The notes beneath the pieces were generated by a model. The model was not told the DNA's origin. It saw nothing but the letters and a program-made list of their open reading frames with translations, and did not search any database. 32,000 bases of DNA. Source: Methanopyrus kandleri AV19 (GTDB lineage Archaea > JAADCQ01 > Methanopyri > Methanopyrales > Methanopyraceae). The stretch lies in contig NC_003551.1 in the NCBI RefSeq assembly GCF_000007185.1, positions 1,170,001-1,202,000 on the forward strand. Reading direction: 5' to 3'. A program made the translations under genes and the position numbers. Positions 9,463 to 17,752 of this stretch are shown here, piece after piece; the stretch's first letter is position 1, and each line of letters starts with the position of its first letter.

Positions 9463-9876
9463 TCAGTGACAGGGGTTCGGGCACGCCGCGCAGTTGCCCG
9501 TGCAAACGAAACCGCCGGACGACCCACTTGACGAGCCCGTAGTTACCACGGTCCCGCCACCCGAGGACGAGCTGCCGGCGTATGTTCCATTGCCGCCTGA
9601 CGAGCCGCCACCGGTCGATCCGGAAGATCCTTCCTCCGGACGCCGTTCGCCTCCGCTCTTTTCACCTTTCCCTTCCCCACCCTTCTCACTGACCTCCTCG
9701 TCCTTTTCACCCGCCGAGCCCTTGTCGCCTCCGCCGATCGCCTCCTTGGCGATGTCTTCGACGGACTTTCCTACTCCTCCCAAATGCGAGGGAACCGTCA
9801 GGATGTAAGCCAGAATGGCCGCCATGACCGCGGCTCTGAACCCGAGTGTCCCAAGCATGTTTTGAGACCCCTTCAA
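9463..9876 (-). CDS. Membrane-anchored Gly/Ser-rich surface protein with C-terminal Cys motif
   Basis: 137 aa; N-terminal hydrophobic segment, charged then G/S-rich low-complexity stalk, terminal FVCTGNCAACPNPCH. Confidence 0.7.
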   Translation of the reverse strand: MKGSQNMLGTLGFRAAVMAAILAYILTVPSHLGGVGKSVEDIAKEAIGGGDKGSAGEKDEEVSEKGGEGKGEKSGGERRPEEGSSGSTGGGSSGGNGTYAGSSSSGGGTVVTTGSSSGSSGGFVCTGNCAACPNPCH

Positions 9877-9905
9877 AAGGGTTAGGAAGGGGCGTTTGGG
9901 GGAGG

Positions 9906-10343
9906 TTAGAGACGCCGCAGCAGTACCGCCGCGACCACGAGGCCTGCGATCACGGCGACGAGGCCTACAGGGGCTGTCGATGAGGTAGTCGATGACGTCG
10001 TACTAGCTGTGGAAGACTGCTGTTCCGATGTGTTGGTCGAACTAGTCGAGGTCGTCTCGGCGGACGAATCGCTCGTCTCTTCGCTCAAGACCTGTAGGTT
10101 GTCACAGTACCCGTCACCGTTCTTATCCACGAACGCACCACAGTGCTGCCCCCGAGCCGTAGAGTCGTCGAAGTACCGGCCGGTGACCGGACAGTAGTAC
10201 GTCGTAGCGGATACGGCGCCGAGGACAGTCAGCGCTGCGACCAGCAGGGTGAGGATGCGCACGACTATTCCCCCATGTTCGTCTTTCGGCCACTTCCGAA
10301 CAATGCGTTTCGACGCCTTAAGGTTTCTCCGGAGTCCGTGCAC
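9906..10343 (-). CDS. Secreted protein with CPVTG...CGAFVDKNGDGYCDN motif, Ser/Thr-rich stalk and C-terminal TM
   Basis: 145 aa; signal peptide-like RILTLLVAALTVLGAVSA, YYCPVTGRYFDDSTARGQHCGAFVDKNGDGYCDNL, then SSTSSTNTSEQQSSTAST..., then VGLVAVIAGLVVAAVLLRRL. Confidence 0.75.
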   Translation of the reverse strand: MHGLRRNLKASKRIVRKWPKDEHGGIVVRILTLLVAALTVLGAVSATTYYCPVTGRYFDDSTARGQHCGAFVDKNGDGYCDNLQVLSEETSDSSAETTSTSSTNTSEQQSSTASTTSSTTSSTAPVGLVAVIAGLVVAAVLLRRL

Positions 10344-10874
10344 CGCCCAACCCGACGTACGGTAGTATCCTGCGTACGCCGATAGAGCACTACGATTGAA
10401 CCATCACCCGAAAGCGCCCGTACACCGTCGTAAAGTAGAGGAACCGGCTTCCCTGAGTGCCGGGTCCCATGCGCCGGGTTCCATCCACCGGACGGACGGC
10501 GCATCGCGGGTGATATCGACGGGCTCCGCTGGACTCTCGGAGCCCTCAACGCGAGCCGCGAGCGATACCCCGATAGAATCCGGAAACGACAGCAGCGCGA
10601 CACGATACGACACCATCATCATTCGAACACGAAGGCGCACCCGGGCGAGACTCTCTCCCCTCATCTCCTCTTCGATGTGGCCTTAACCTAGGAACCTCCG
10701 TAGAAGCCTCGAGGGTTTCCGCTTTCCCCTCCGTCCACGCTCCAACTCGAGCAGCCGTGTTCCCTCGGGACCTCTCGTTCTTTGCAGTACCCCGATCATC
10801 ACCCCGGGATGTCCGTCCGGCAACGCCTGGAGTACCTCAAGGCAGTCCTCGGGGATGATCTCCTTTTCGAGCTT

Positions 10875-11312
10875 CTAGCTGGCGAGCTCGTCTAGAGCCG
10901 TCCAAACCAGGAACACTTCGGTCACGTCGACCAACTTACCCTCCCGGCCGTCCACGGCCACCAATCGTTCCGACAACTCCCCCACGTCTCCCGCATAGCG
11001 CATACCCCTGAGGGCGGCTGAGACCGTCAGTCCCGTCCAGCCGCACCGTACGTCCAGGAGGACCGCACCTTCCCCTTCTAAGGCCCACGTCGCCGTGTCC
11101 ACGACTTCCAGCGGGTTGGACCCGTCGACGGTTACCACGTCGAAACCCGATTCCTCCAGCTCTCTCACCTCTCGGCCGACGACCGCGACCCGCCCGGGCT
11201 TCGCACGCAGACCCAAGAGTAAGGCTACGCTCCCGAACCCGTGCTTCGGTAACTTACCGACCTCCAGCCCAACTCCCTCAACCGCTCCCCAAGATCCCGT
11301 CCTAACTCCCAC
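10875..11312 (-). CDS. Hypothetical protein; frame continues past its TAG stop to 10683
   Basis: 145-aa ORF (...LPKHGFGSVALLLGLRAKPGRVAVVGREVRELEESGFDVVTVDG...). After TAG at 10877-10875 the same frame is open for 63 codons to TAA at 10685-10683. Confidence 0.65.
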   Translation of the reverse strand: MGVRTGSWGAVEGVGLEVGKLPKHGFGSVALLLGLRAKPGRVAVVGREVRELEESGFDVVTVDGSNPLEVVDTATWALEGEGAVLLDVRCGWTGLTVSAALRGMRYAGDVGELSERLVAVDGREGKLVDVTEVFLVWTALDELAS

Positions 11313-11790
11313 TCTTTGGTCCTTTCACGCTGTCGGGCGGGGAGCTCCAGGACCCCGTTGACACGCAAGGCCGTCACCCTCCGCGCGACCGTCCCGACAC
11401 TGTCAACTCGGAGTTAAAACCGTTTCTACGAGACCGGGACCCGTGTCCACACCCCACGGACCGGCGGCGTCTCCCGACGAGGTCTCGACGGTCGAAAGCG
11501 CGCGATACATTCACGAAATTCGCGGCCGGACGACGAACACCTAGAGTTATTAACCGCAGAACGACCCGGGTACCCGCGCGGGAAAACAGCGCCTGAGGGC
11601 GGTGGTTCGGTCCCGTTCGGGCCTTTCATCGGGCGGTCAGGTCGGTCAGAGCGACTCCCGTATTGGAGGGTAGTCCGGCGGCGGATACACTCAGGGGAGG
11701 ATCCCTGCGGATCGTCCACTCACTAACGGCTCCGGTCGGAAACAAAACTAGAAATAGCCTCCTCTTCCGCCTTAGAGGGGCGAGGCTTCC

Positions 11791-12024
11791 GTGAGTGAAG
11801 CTGAACTCGTCCGGGAGCTGATCGAGGAGCTCCGGGCTCTCCGGCACGAGATATACATGCTGAGGATGGAGCTCGAAAGACTACGCGGTGAAGTCGAGGA
11901 GGTAGAGTCCGAGGACGACATCCCGGACCTGCTCCGGCGGGCCGAACGAGCGGCTGAGATGGCGGTCGGAGATATCGACCTGGAGCTAGAGTCCGATGAG
12001 GAGGGTAGGTGGTCCCTCCTATGA
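11791..12024 (+). CDS. Small acidic coiled-coil protein
   Basis: 77 aa, GTG start preceded by gaggggcgagg; heptad-like RELIEELRALRHEIYMLRMELERLRGEVEEVE. Confidence 0.6.
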   Translation: MSEAELVRELIEELRALRHEIYMLRMELERLRGEVEEVESEDDIPDLLRRAERAAEMAVGDIDLELESDEEGRWSLL

Positions 12025-12513
12025 TCGCATCCTGAGTCCCCTCCGTCGACCCGAGCTAGTTCAGACACATACCCGTTTTACGCGACGCTATCACCCGACC
12101 TCCGAGCGATCCCGTGAGCCCGTACCGGACACCGGGGGAGGAGTATTCTCACGTTTGAGGTGCCAGCGGCCCGTCCACAGTGGAACGCCCGCGCGGAGTA
12201 CGGATGCTCCAGAGCCAGGGACCCTCATCCCCGGAACGATCTGTAGAGGGCTGAAAACTATCGAAACGCCCTCGAAGTTGAAAAACTGTCCGAATGAGTC
12301 ACGAAACCGTGGTGACGGCCTACGGAGCCCCCCGCGAGAAGCCGCTATAAGCGGGCCGACGTGTACTGGTGGGGATGACCGAGGCGAGTTCGCCGTAACC
12401 CCCACTCGCACCGTGGGATCCGGGATGAAGAGGTCCCGCAGAGCCGATTCCCCGGATGAGGGGAGGGGCCCGACAGACCGTGGCAGGCTTCGCGCGACAC
12501 GGGGGCCCATGCC

Positions 12514-13490
12514 TTGGAATCCTATCGAACTCTGTTGGCTGTACTCTTGATGGGCTTGCTTTTCCCCTCTTCGTGGGTAGTGGGGAAGGTGCGGGTGGAA
12601 AGCACCGGTATGCCCTTCGCCACGTACTACCAGAACGTGAAGATGAGCGAGGTACTGCAGAAGCGGCCGAGAGTCCTCGTCCTTGACCCGTGGTGTGGCC
12701 CTAATGGACGCCCGTGGACGAAGGAAGAGCTCCGGAAGATCAAGGACGCCGGGGTAAAGCCGATCGCCTACCTCCCCGTGTGCGTGGTTGCGGAGTATCA
12801 TCCGAACCTGTACCGCGAGGCCAGAAGGCGGAATCTGCTGGGCGCCGACGATCCCGAGTGGCCGGGGGACTACGCCGTCAAGTTCTGGGAGCCGGCGTGG
12901 AGAGACGTCCTCCGCTCGGAGCTGGCCAGGCTGAAGGACCTGGGCTTCGAGGGCGTGTTCCTGGACGTCGTGGACGCTCACTCACGTGACTGGTACGTGC
13001 GATGGTACGATCGAGTCAATCCACACGGTGATCTCAGGAGGGACGAGCTGAACGCCGTGAAATGGATCGCCCAAACGGCTCACGGTCTCGGTCTCCGCGT
13101 CGTGGTCAACGCGGGTGCGTGGGCGTTCGAGGGGACGGTATGGCCCGGTTGCAGTCTAGACTGGGCTTCGCTGTGACCGTCGAGAGCGTGCTCTCGGACG
13201 GCTCCAGGAGGCTGTACTCACGGAGCGAACTCGAGAGTAACCTACGGACACTGTCCCGGTTCCAGGGACCGGTCTACGTGATCGAGTACGGGCTCGATCC
13301 CGACGACCCCAGCGTCCGTAGGGCCGCCGAGAAACTGTTCGATAAGACACGAGCCACGTGCGTGTACATAACTTCCGTCAAGCACGACGGCATAGGAGTC
13401 GCCCTCGTCCCCCTCCGGAGGTGGCTCTGGGACGTGACGCTCGGGCCGCTGCTCGGGGAACCACCCTCTTGGATCGGGGGCGGTCGGTGA
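12514..13490 (+). pseudogene. GH114 (TM1410-like) glycosidase-fold secreted protein, split by a frameshift at ~13150-13175
   Basis: First frame (12514..13176): signal peptide then RPRVLVLDPWCGPNGRPWTKEELRKIKDAGVKPIAYLPVCVVAEYH...LARLKDLGFEGVFLDVVDAHSRDW...GLRVVVNAGAWAFEGT. The C-terminal part continues in the adjacent frame (FAVTVESVLSDGSRRLYSRSELESNLRTLSRFQGPVYVIEYGLDPDDP...) to 13490. Confidence 0.65.
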
Positions 13491-13602
13491 GCCCCCACAC
13501 CTCATCCGCCTTCGGTGACCCGGCACGATTCATCATCCCGAGGACGGGGCGTCCCCGCCCCCTCCCCGACGGGGCTCCCGGAACCCGGGTTCACCCCGCG
13601 GG

Positions 13603-13989
13603 TCACAGGGGTACGGGCCGACCCTCGTATTCCCCTCTGGCTCTTTCCAGCGCCCGGGCGGTTACCATCTTCTCGGACGGGGCGTACCCGCCTCCGCCCC
13701 GGAACACGAACCTCAGGTCCGAGTGTACGCCGGACACGTCGAACTCCGCCGTCCCGGTTCACCCTCAGACCTCCTCGGTGACGACCCGCCAGCGTCCGTC
13801 CTCTCGGACGTACATCCGCACGGTGGCTCCCGGTAGGGCATCGCCGGTCCTGGCGTCCACCACGGCCACGTACACGCGGTCGTTACCGGCGTACCAGGCG
13901 CGGATCCTCGTGGGTGTGTTTCCGGCATGATATCCGGTCGTCACCAGCCCGAGAACGGTCAGTCCCAATAAGCCTACCACCACCGGCAC
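13603..13989 (-). pseudogene. Small secreted/anchored protein with carboxypeptidase-regulatory/Ig-like beta domain, interrupted by two in-frame TGA codons
   Basis: ORF 13765..13989 (VVVGLLGLTVLGLVTT...VDARTGDALPGATVRMYVREDGRWRVVTEEV*). The same frame then reads G*TGTAEFDVSGVHSDLRFVFRGGGGYAPSEKMVTARALERARGEYEGRPVPL* to 13603. Confidence 0.5.
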
Positions 13990-14100
13990 CGCCCAGCGGT
14001 TCAGGGGTTTACCCCCTCACCGCACCACCCGATCCGTCTCAGGAATCGCGACGTCATCTCACGAAGTCGATAGCTCGGTCGTTTGGGGGATGGGGAGGGA

Positions 14101-15807
14101 TCATCCCTCCAGGAACCGGGCCTCGCTGCGCTCGACGAACTCGCGGCAGACCTCCTTCGGGTCGCCCTCCATGACGATTTCACCGTCGTCGACGAGGACG
14201 GCACGGTTGGCCGTCTCCTCGACGAACCTGACGTCGTGACTGACGAGAACTGTCGCGATCTTCTCGCGGTCGACGATGCGCTTGATGGAGTTAGCGACGC
14301 TACGGAGCGTGACGGGATCGAGGTCTCCGAAGGGCTCGTCGAGGAGGAGCACTTCGGGTTCGGTGGCGAGTTCGAGGGCGATGGCGACGCGGACCTGCTG
14401 TCCACCCGACAACTCGCCGAACTTCATGTCGAGGACTTCCATGGGGAGGTCGAACTCCTCGAACACCGGACGGGCGAACCTCTCGACCTCGTCGGAGGGG
14501 AACTTGGGGAAGAGCTCGTCGAGGATGTCGGGACTGAGGTCGAGCTCCTTGAGCTTGGCCTCGGCCTCCTCGCGGGGTAGGTCGGTCAGCGCGTAGAGCA
14601 CGTCGAGGGCCTCCTCGCCGAGCCCGAGTTCCTCCGCGCGGCGTCTGGCCTGCTCGAGGACGGTGGAGCTCTTGACGCCCAGACGACCTGCGAGCAGGTC
14701 CCGGACGGTGGCGTGATGGACGTAACCGAACTCCTGGTGGACGATGCCGATGCGGCGGCGGGCCTCCATCCTGCCATGGCCGAGGTCGGTCATACTGACC
14801 CAGTCGCCGTCGACGCGGACCTCGATGTCGCCCGAGTCGGGGAGCTCGAGCCCGGCGATCATGCGGAGGAGCACCGTCTTACCCGCGCCGCTCGGTCCGA
14901 CGACAGCGAGGATCTCGCCACGTCTCACCTCGAGCTCTATCCCGCGCATGTGGAGGGTCTCACCGCAGCGGACTAGAGCGTACCGCTTCTCAAGGTCCCG
15001 GACGCGGACGGCGATCTCGTCCCGTGGCTCCGGCACCCGCTCGGGCTCGGGCATGCCGCGGGTGAGCCGGTCGACGGCCTCGCGCGGACTCCCGTGTAGG
15101 ACGTCCCGCCCGTCCTCGAGGAGGGTCGCGGAGTCGCACAAGTACTCGATGACCTCGGTCAGGTGGGAGACGACGATTACGGTGATCCCCTTCTCCTCGT
15201 TCGCGTTCCTCACCGCGTCGAGCAGCTGCTGCTTGGTGCCGGGACACGCCATGGCTGCGGGCTCGTCGAGGAGGAGCACTTCGGGGTCCTTCGCGAGCTG
15301 ACGCGCGAGGAGCAGGCGCTGCTTCTCCCCTCCGGACAGCACGGGCGCGTAATGGTCGGCCTTGTGCTCGAGCCCGACGATTCTCAGGTACTCGAGGGCC
15401 TCCTCGTAGAGCTCCTCGTACTCGGAGGAATCCTCCGGTGGGAGCTCCTCGGCCCCGCGGCGCTTCCAATAGAGCTTCCGCATCACGTTCTCGGCCGCGG
15501 TCTCGGGCCACAGGCCGAACTCGCGCTGCGGATGGATCGCCGTGATCCGCTTCACCTCGGTGAACCGCGACTTGGGGGAGTCGGGAGTGAGCTCGACCCC
15601 GCACACCTCGACCCGGCCCTCGTCGAACCGCTCGACCCCGCGCAGTATCCTGATGAGCGTGCTCTTACCGGCCCCGCTTCGACCCAAGACGCCGTGGATC
15701 TCGCCCTCCTCCACCTCCATATCGAAGCCGTCGAGCGCGACGATCTCACCGCGCGTCTCGGTCTCGTAGACCTTCTTCAATCCCTCCACGACGACCGCCG
15801 AGGTCAA
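14101..15807 (-). CDS. atwA: Methyl-coenzyme M reductase system component A2 (dual ABC ATPase)
   Basis: Two ABC domains: GRSGAGKST / LSGGEKQRLLLARQ / LLLDEPAAMACPGTKQQ and GPSGAGKTV / LSGGQQVRVAIALELA / LLLDEPFGDLDP. DEPxxMACPxTKQ is characteristic of AtwA. TTG at 15807 or GTG at 15789 is the likely start. Confidence 0.88.
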   Translation of the reverse strand: MTSAVVVEGLKKVYETETRGEIVALDGFDMEVEEGEIHGVLGRSGAGKSTLIRILRGVERFDEGRVEVCGVELTPDSPKSRFTEVKRITAIHPQREFGLWPETAAENVMRKLYWKRRGAEELPPEDSSEYEELYEEALEYLRIVGLEHKADHYAPVLSGGEKQRLLLARQLAKDPEVLLLDEPAAMACPGTKQQLLDAVRNANEEKGITVIVVSHLTEVIEYLCDSATLLEDGRDVLHGSPREAVDRLTRGMPEPERVPEPRDEIAVRVRDLEKRYALVRCGETLHMRGIELEVRRGEILAVVGPSGAGKTVLLRMIAGLELPDSGDIEVRVDGDWVSMTDLGHGRMEARRRIGIVHQEFGYVHHATVRDLLAGRLGVKSSTVLEQARRRAEELGLGEEALDVLYALTDLPREEAEAKLKELDLSPDILDELFPKFPSDEVERFARPVFEEFDLPMEVLDMKFGELSGGQQVRVAIALELATEPEVLLLDEPFGDLDPVTLRSVANSIKRIVDREKIATVLVSHDVRFVEETANRAVLVDDGEIVMEGDPKEVCREFVERSEARFLEG

Positions 15808-16150
15808 GCTTCCACCCCTCCTCCAGCACGTTGAGGAGCTCGCGCAAGACACACACCACGTCCGATCGTACGGTCCTACGTGCGGTCATCTCGTTCAAGA
15901 ACTCCCGCAACACGAGGCACGTCACGAGCTCGTTCCTGGAGATCCCGAGCCGATCCGCGACCTCGTCCAGCTCCCTCACGAGGTCTTCGGGGAGCTCCAA
16001 CGAGGTCGATAGGCGACGACCGCTACCACTATCGGCCAGCTCCCGTAGCATTACTCGGGTGAGCTCATCTTCCAAACACTTACGGACGTAACCGGCCACG
16101 CTTCCGTGTTCCCTCTGGATCCACCGGTGCACGGGGCCCGGCAGCCGCAC
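15746..16150 (-). CDS. Tandem ribbon-helix-helix-like transcriptional regulator
   Basis: RITVRLPGPVHRWIQREHGSVAGYVRKCLEDEL and STSLELPEDLVRELDEVADRLGISRNELVTCLVLREFLNE both match RHH architecture. Start uncertain (ORF open to 16291; GTG at 16150 is one option). Overlaps the atwA 5' end. Confidence 0.65.
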   Translation of the reverse strand: MRLPGPVHRWIQREHGSVAGYVRKCLEDELTRVMLRELADSGSGRRLSTSLELPEDLVRELDEVADRLGISRNELVTCLVLREFLNEMTARRTVRSDVVCVLRELLNVLEEGWKLDLGGRRGGIEEGLRDRDAR

Positions 16151-16177
16151 CGTGATCCGCGAACGCCCTGCACCATA

Positions 16178-16196
16178 TGGTTTAATTATTAAATCA
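16178..16196. promoter_or_regulatory. AT-rich imperfect palindrome, possible operator/divergent promoter
   Basis: TGgTTTAATtATTAAAtCA; core TTTAAT-t-ATTAAA (16181..16193) is a perfect inverted repeat with one central base, between divergent genes in otherwise GC-rich sequence. Confidence 0.5.
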
Positions 16197-16198
16197 CT

Positions 16199-16804
16199 AT
16201 GGCAATACCTATGCATGCGATCCCATCGCGTGTTGAGGGAATCGAGTTGGGGCCGCTCGGAGTCGAGGTCGAGATTCTCAGGGAGAGCCACGGGCTGCTT
16301 TACCCTTGGGCGCGTCTTCTCTCCGAGACCTCATTCGCGGTGATCATCGCGGTCCTAGGCTGGACGTATCTCCGGGACCGACGCACCTCGTACGTGTTGG
16401 CGACCACCGTCGTCGGTACGCTCGTGGTTACGGTCGTCCTCAAAGGGCTGATCGGCGAGCCGAGACCCTTCGTCCTCCACGTGGTTTCACCGCTCACGAA
16501 CCCGGACGAGCCCTACGGGAGCTTCCCCAGCGGGCATACCTCCCGTTCCTTCGCCCTCGCGGCCGCGTACCACCTGGAGCGTCGGGACGCGCTCACCGCG
16601 ATCCTCTGGATCTGGGCCGCGCTCGTGGGATGCTCGCGGGTGGTCCTCGGTGTGCACTGGCCGCACGACGTGATCGGAGGGGCCCTCGTCGGTATCACGG
16701 TCGCGGTCGCCACGCACAGGACCGCCCGGTTGTGGGTTAGGTTTCTATCGATTGTCGACCCGCTCGCCCGGGGCGTTCGGGCTTGGCGATGGTACGTGAG
16801 GTGA
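16199..16804 (+). CDS. PAP2-family membrane phosphatase
   Basis: KGLIGEPRPF, SFPSGHTSRSF, SRVVLGVHWPHDVIGG match the three PAP2 motifs; multiple TM segments. The true start may be downstream of 16199. Confidence 0.85.
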   Translation: MAIPMHAIPSRVEGIELGPLGVEVEILRESHGLLYPWARLLSETSFAVIIAVLGWTYLRDRRTSYVLATTVVGTLVVTVVLKGLIGEPRPFVLHVVSPLTNPDEPYGSFPSGHTSRSFALAAAYHLERRDALTAILWIWAALVGCSRVVLGVHWPHDVIGGALVGITVAVATHRTARLWVRFLSIVDPLARGVRAWRWYVR

Positions 16805-17529
16805 TCGATTTCGTGGAAGAGCTGGCCCCACCGGACCTGGCCGAGGACTGGGACAATCCCGGGATCCAAGTCTGTCCTCCCGGCGGCCTGGACAGGAAGG
16901 CGGAGCGCGTTCTGGTCGCCCTGGACGCCACCCACGCGCTCGAGCGAGCCGGGGACGCGGATCTGGTGCTAACCCACCACCCGCTCCTGTTCCGACCCCC
17001 TAGGAGGATCGGCGGCCGCTGGTACCGGGTGCTCCGGGCGGTCTTGGAGGCGGACGCCGTGTTCTACGCGGCCCACACCAACCTGGACCGGGCCGAGGGT
17101 GGCGTGGCCGATACGCTCGCCCGCCGTTTGAACCTGCGCGTCGAGCGCGAGGCGTGCGACGGGTTCGGGCGTCTGTGCGAGGTGCCCGGATCGGAGGAGG
17201 AGTTGCTCAACGCGCTCCGGAACCTCTCACCGCTGACCACGGTTTACGGGGACTGGGAGGGCGTCAGTCGGGTGCTCGTGGTGCCCGGGGCCGCGCCGGA
17301 CGGACTCGTGATGGAGTGCCTGCGGTGCGGTGTCGACGCTGTGATCGCGGGAGAGATCAAGTACCATACGCGGGCGGAGCTCTTGGAGGAGGGGATCGCC
17401 GTGGTCGAGCTGGGCCACGAGTACAGCGAGCTGCCCGGTGTCCAGGAGCTGGCGCGCCGCGTGCGGGAGGAGTTTCGGGATCTGAACGTGGAGGTGGTGC
17501 CGCCACCCGACATCACGATCATTCGGTGA
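16789..17529 (+). CDS. Nif3/DUF34-like (GTP cyclohydrolase I type 2 homolog) protein
   Basis: LAPPDLAEDWDNPGIQV, LVLTHHPLLFRP, YAAHTNLDRAEGGVADTLA, ELGHEYSELPG. Confidence 0.85.
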   Translation: MVREVIDFVEELAPPDLAEDWDNPGIQVCPPGGLDRKAERVLVALDATHALERAGDADLVLTHHPLLFRPPRRIGGRWYRVLRAVLEADAVFYAAHTNLDRAEGGVADTLARRLNLRVEREACDGFGRLCEVPGSEEELLNALRNLSPLTTVYGDWEGVSRVLVVPGAAPDGLVMECLRCGVDAVIAGEIKYHTRAELLEEGIAVVELGHEYSELPGVQELARRVREEFRDLNVEVVPPPDITIIR

Positions 17530-17752
17530 CCGCGTCGCTACGGTGGGATGCGCGCGTTCCCCGGTCGACGCCGTCGTCGGTGTTCGAGAGTTGGGAATCC
17601 GCGGCTCCGCCCCCATATCGGGATCCCACCGCGTAAAAGGTAAGTCCGAGAGTCGGCGGTCGGAGGCCCCGCACCCCTCGGACTTCACGATGATCCGATG
17701 ATGTGCTTACAGCACGCCGAACATTCCGTGACGACCACGGGAGCGGCTGAGG

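Noticed and set aside
10404-10664. 86-aa minus-strand ORF (MRGESLARVRLRVRMMMVSYRVALLSF...)
   Set aside because: Could be a small membrane-associated protein, but nothing beyond length supports it.
13159-13490. Programmed -1 frameshifting in the GH114-like gene
   Set aside because: No convincing slippery heptamer or downstream pseudoknot seen by eye; mutation or sequencing error is simpler.
13759-13767. Firm selenoprotein call for the UGA-G-UGA site
   Set aside because: No SECIS element identified and the domain is beta-sandwich-like rather than a known selenoprotein family; kept only as a testable alternative to pseudogene.
14083-15834. Plus-strand ORFs and minus-strand 14990..15604 in the ABC gene region
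   Set aside because: Shadows of atwA; residue content looks like mirror-coded E/R/L-rich sequence.
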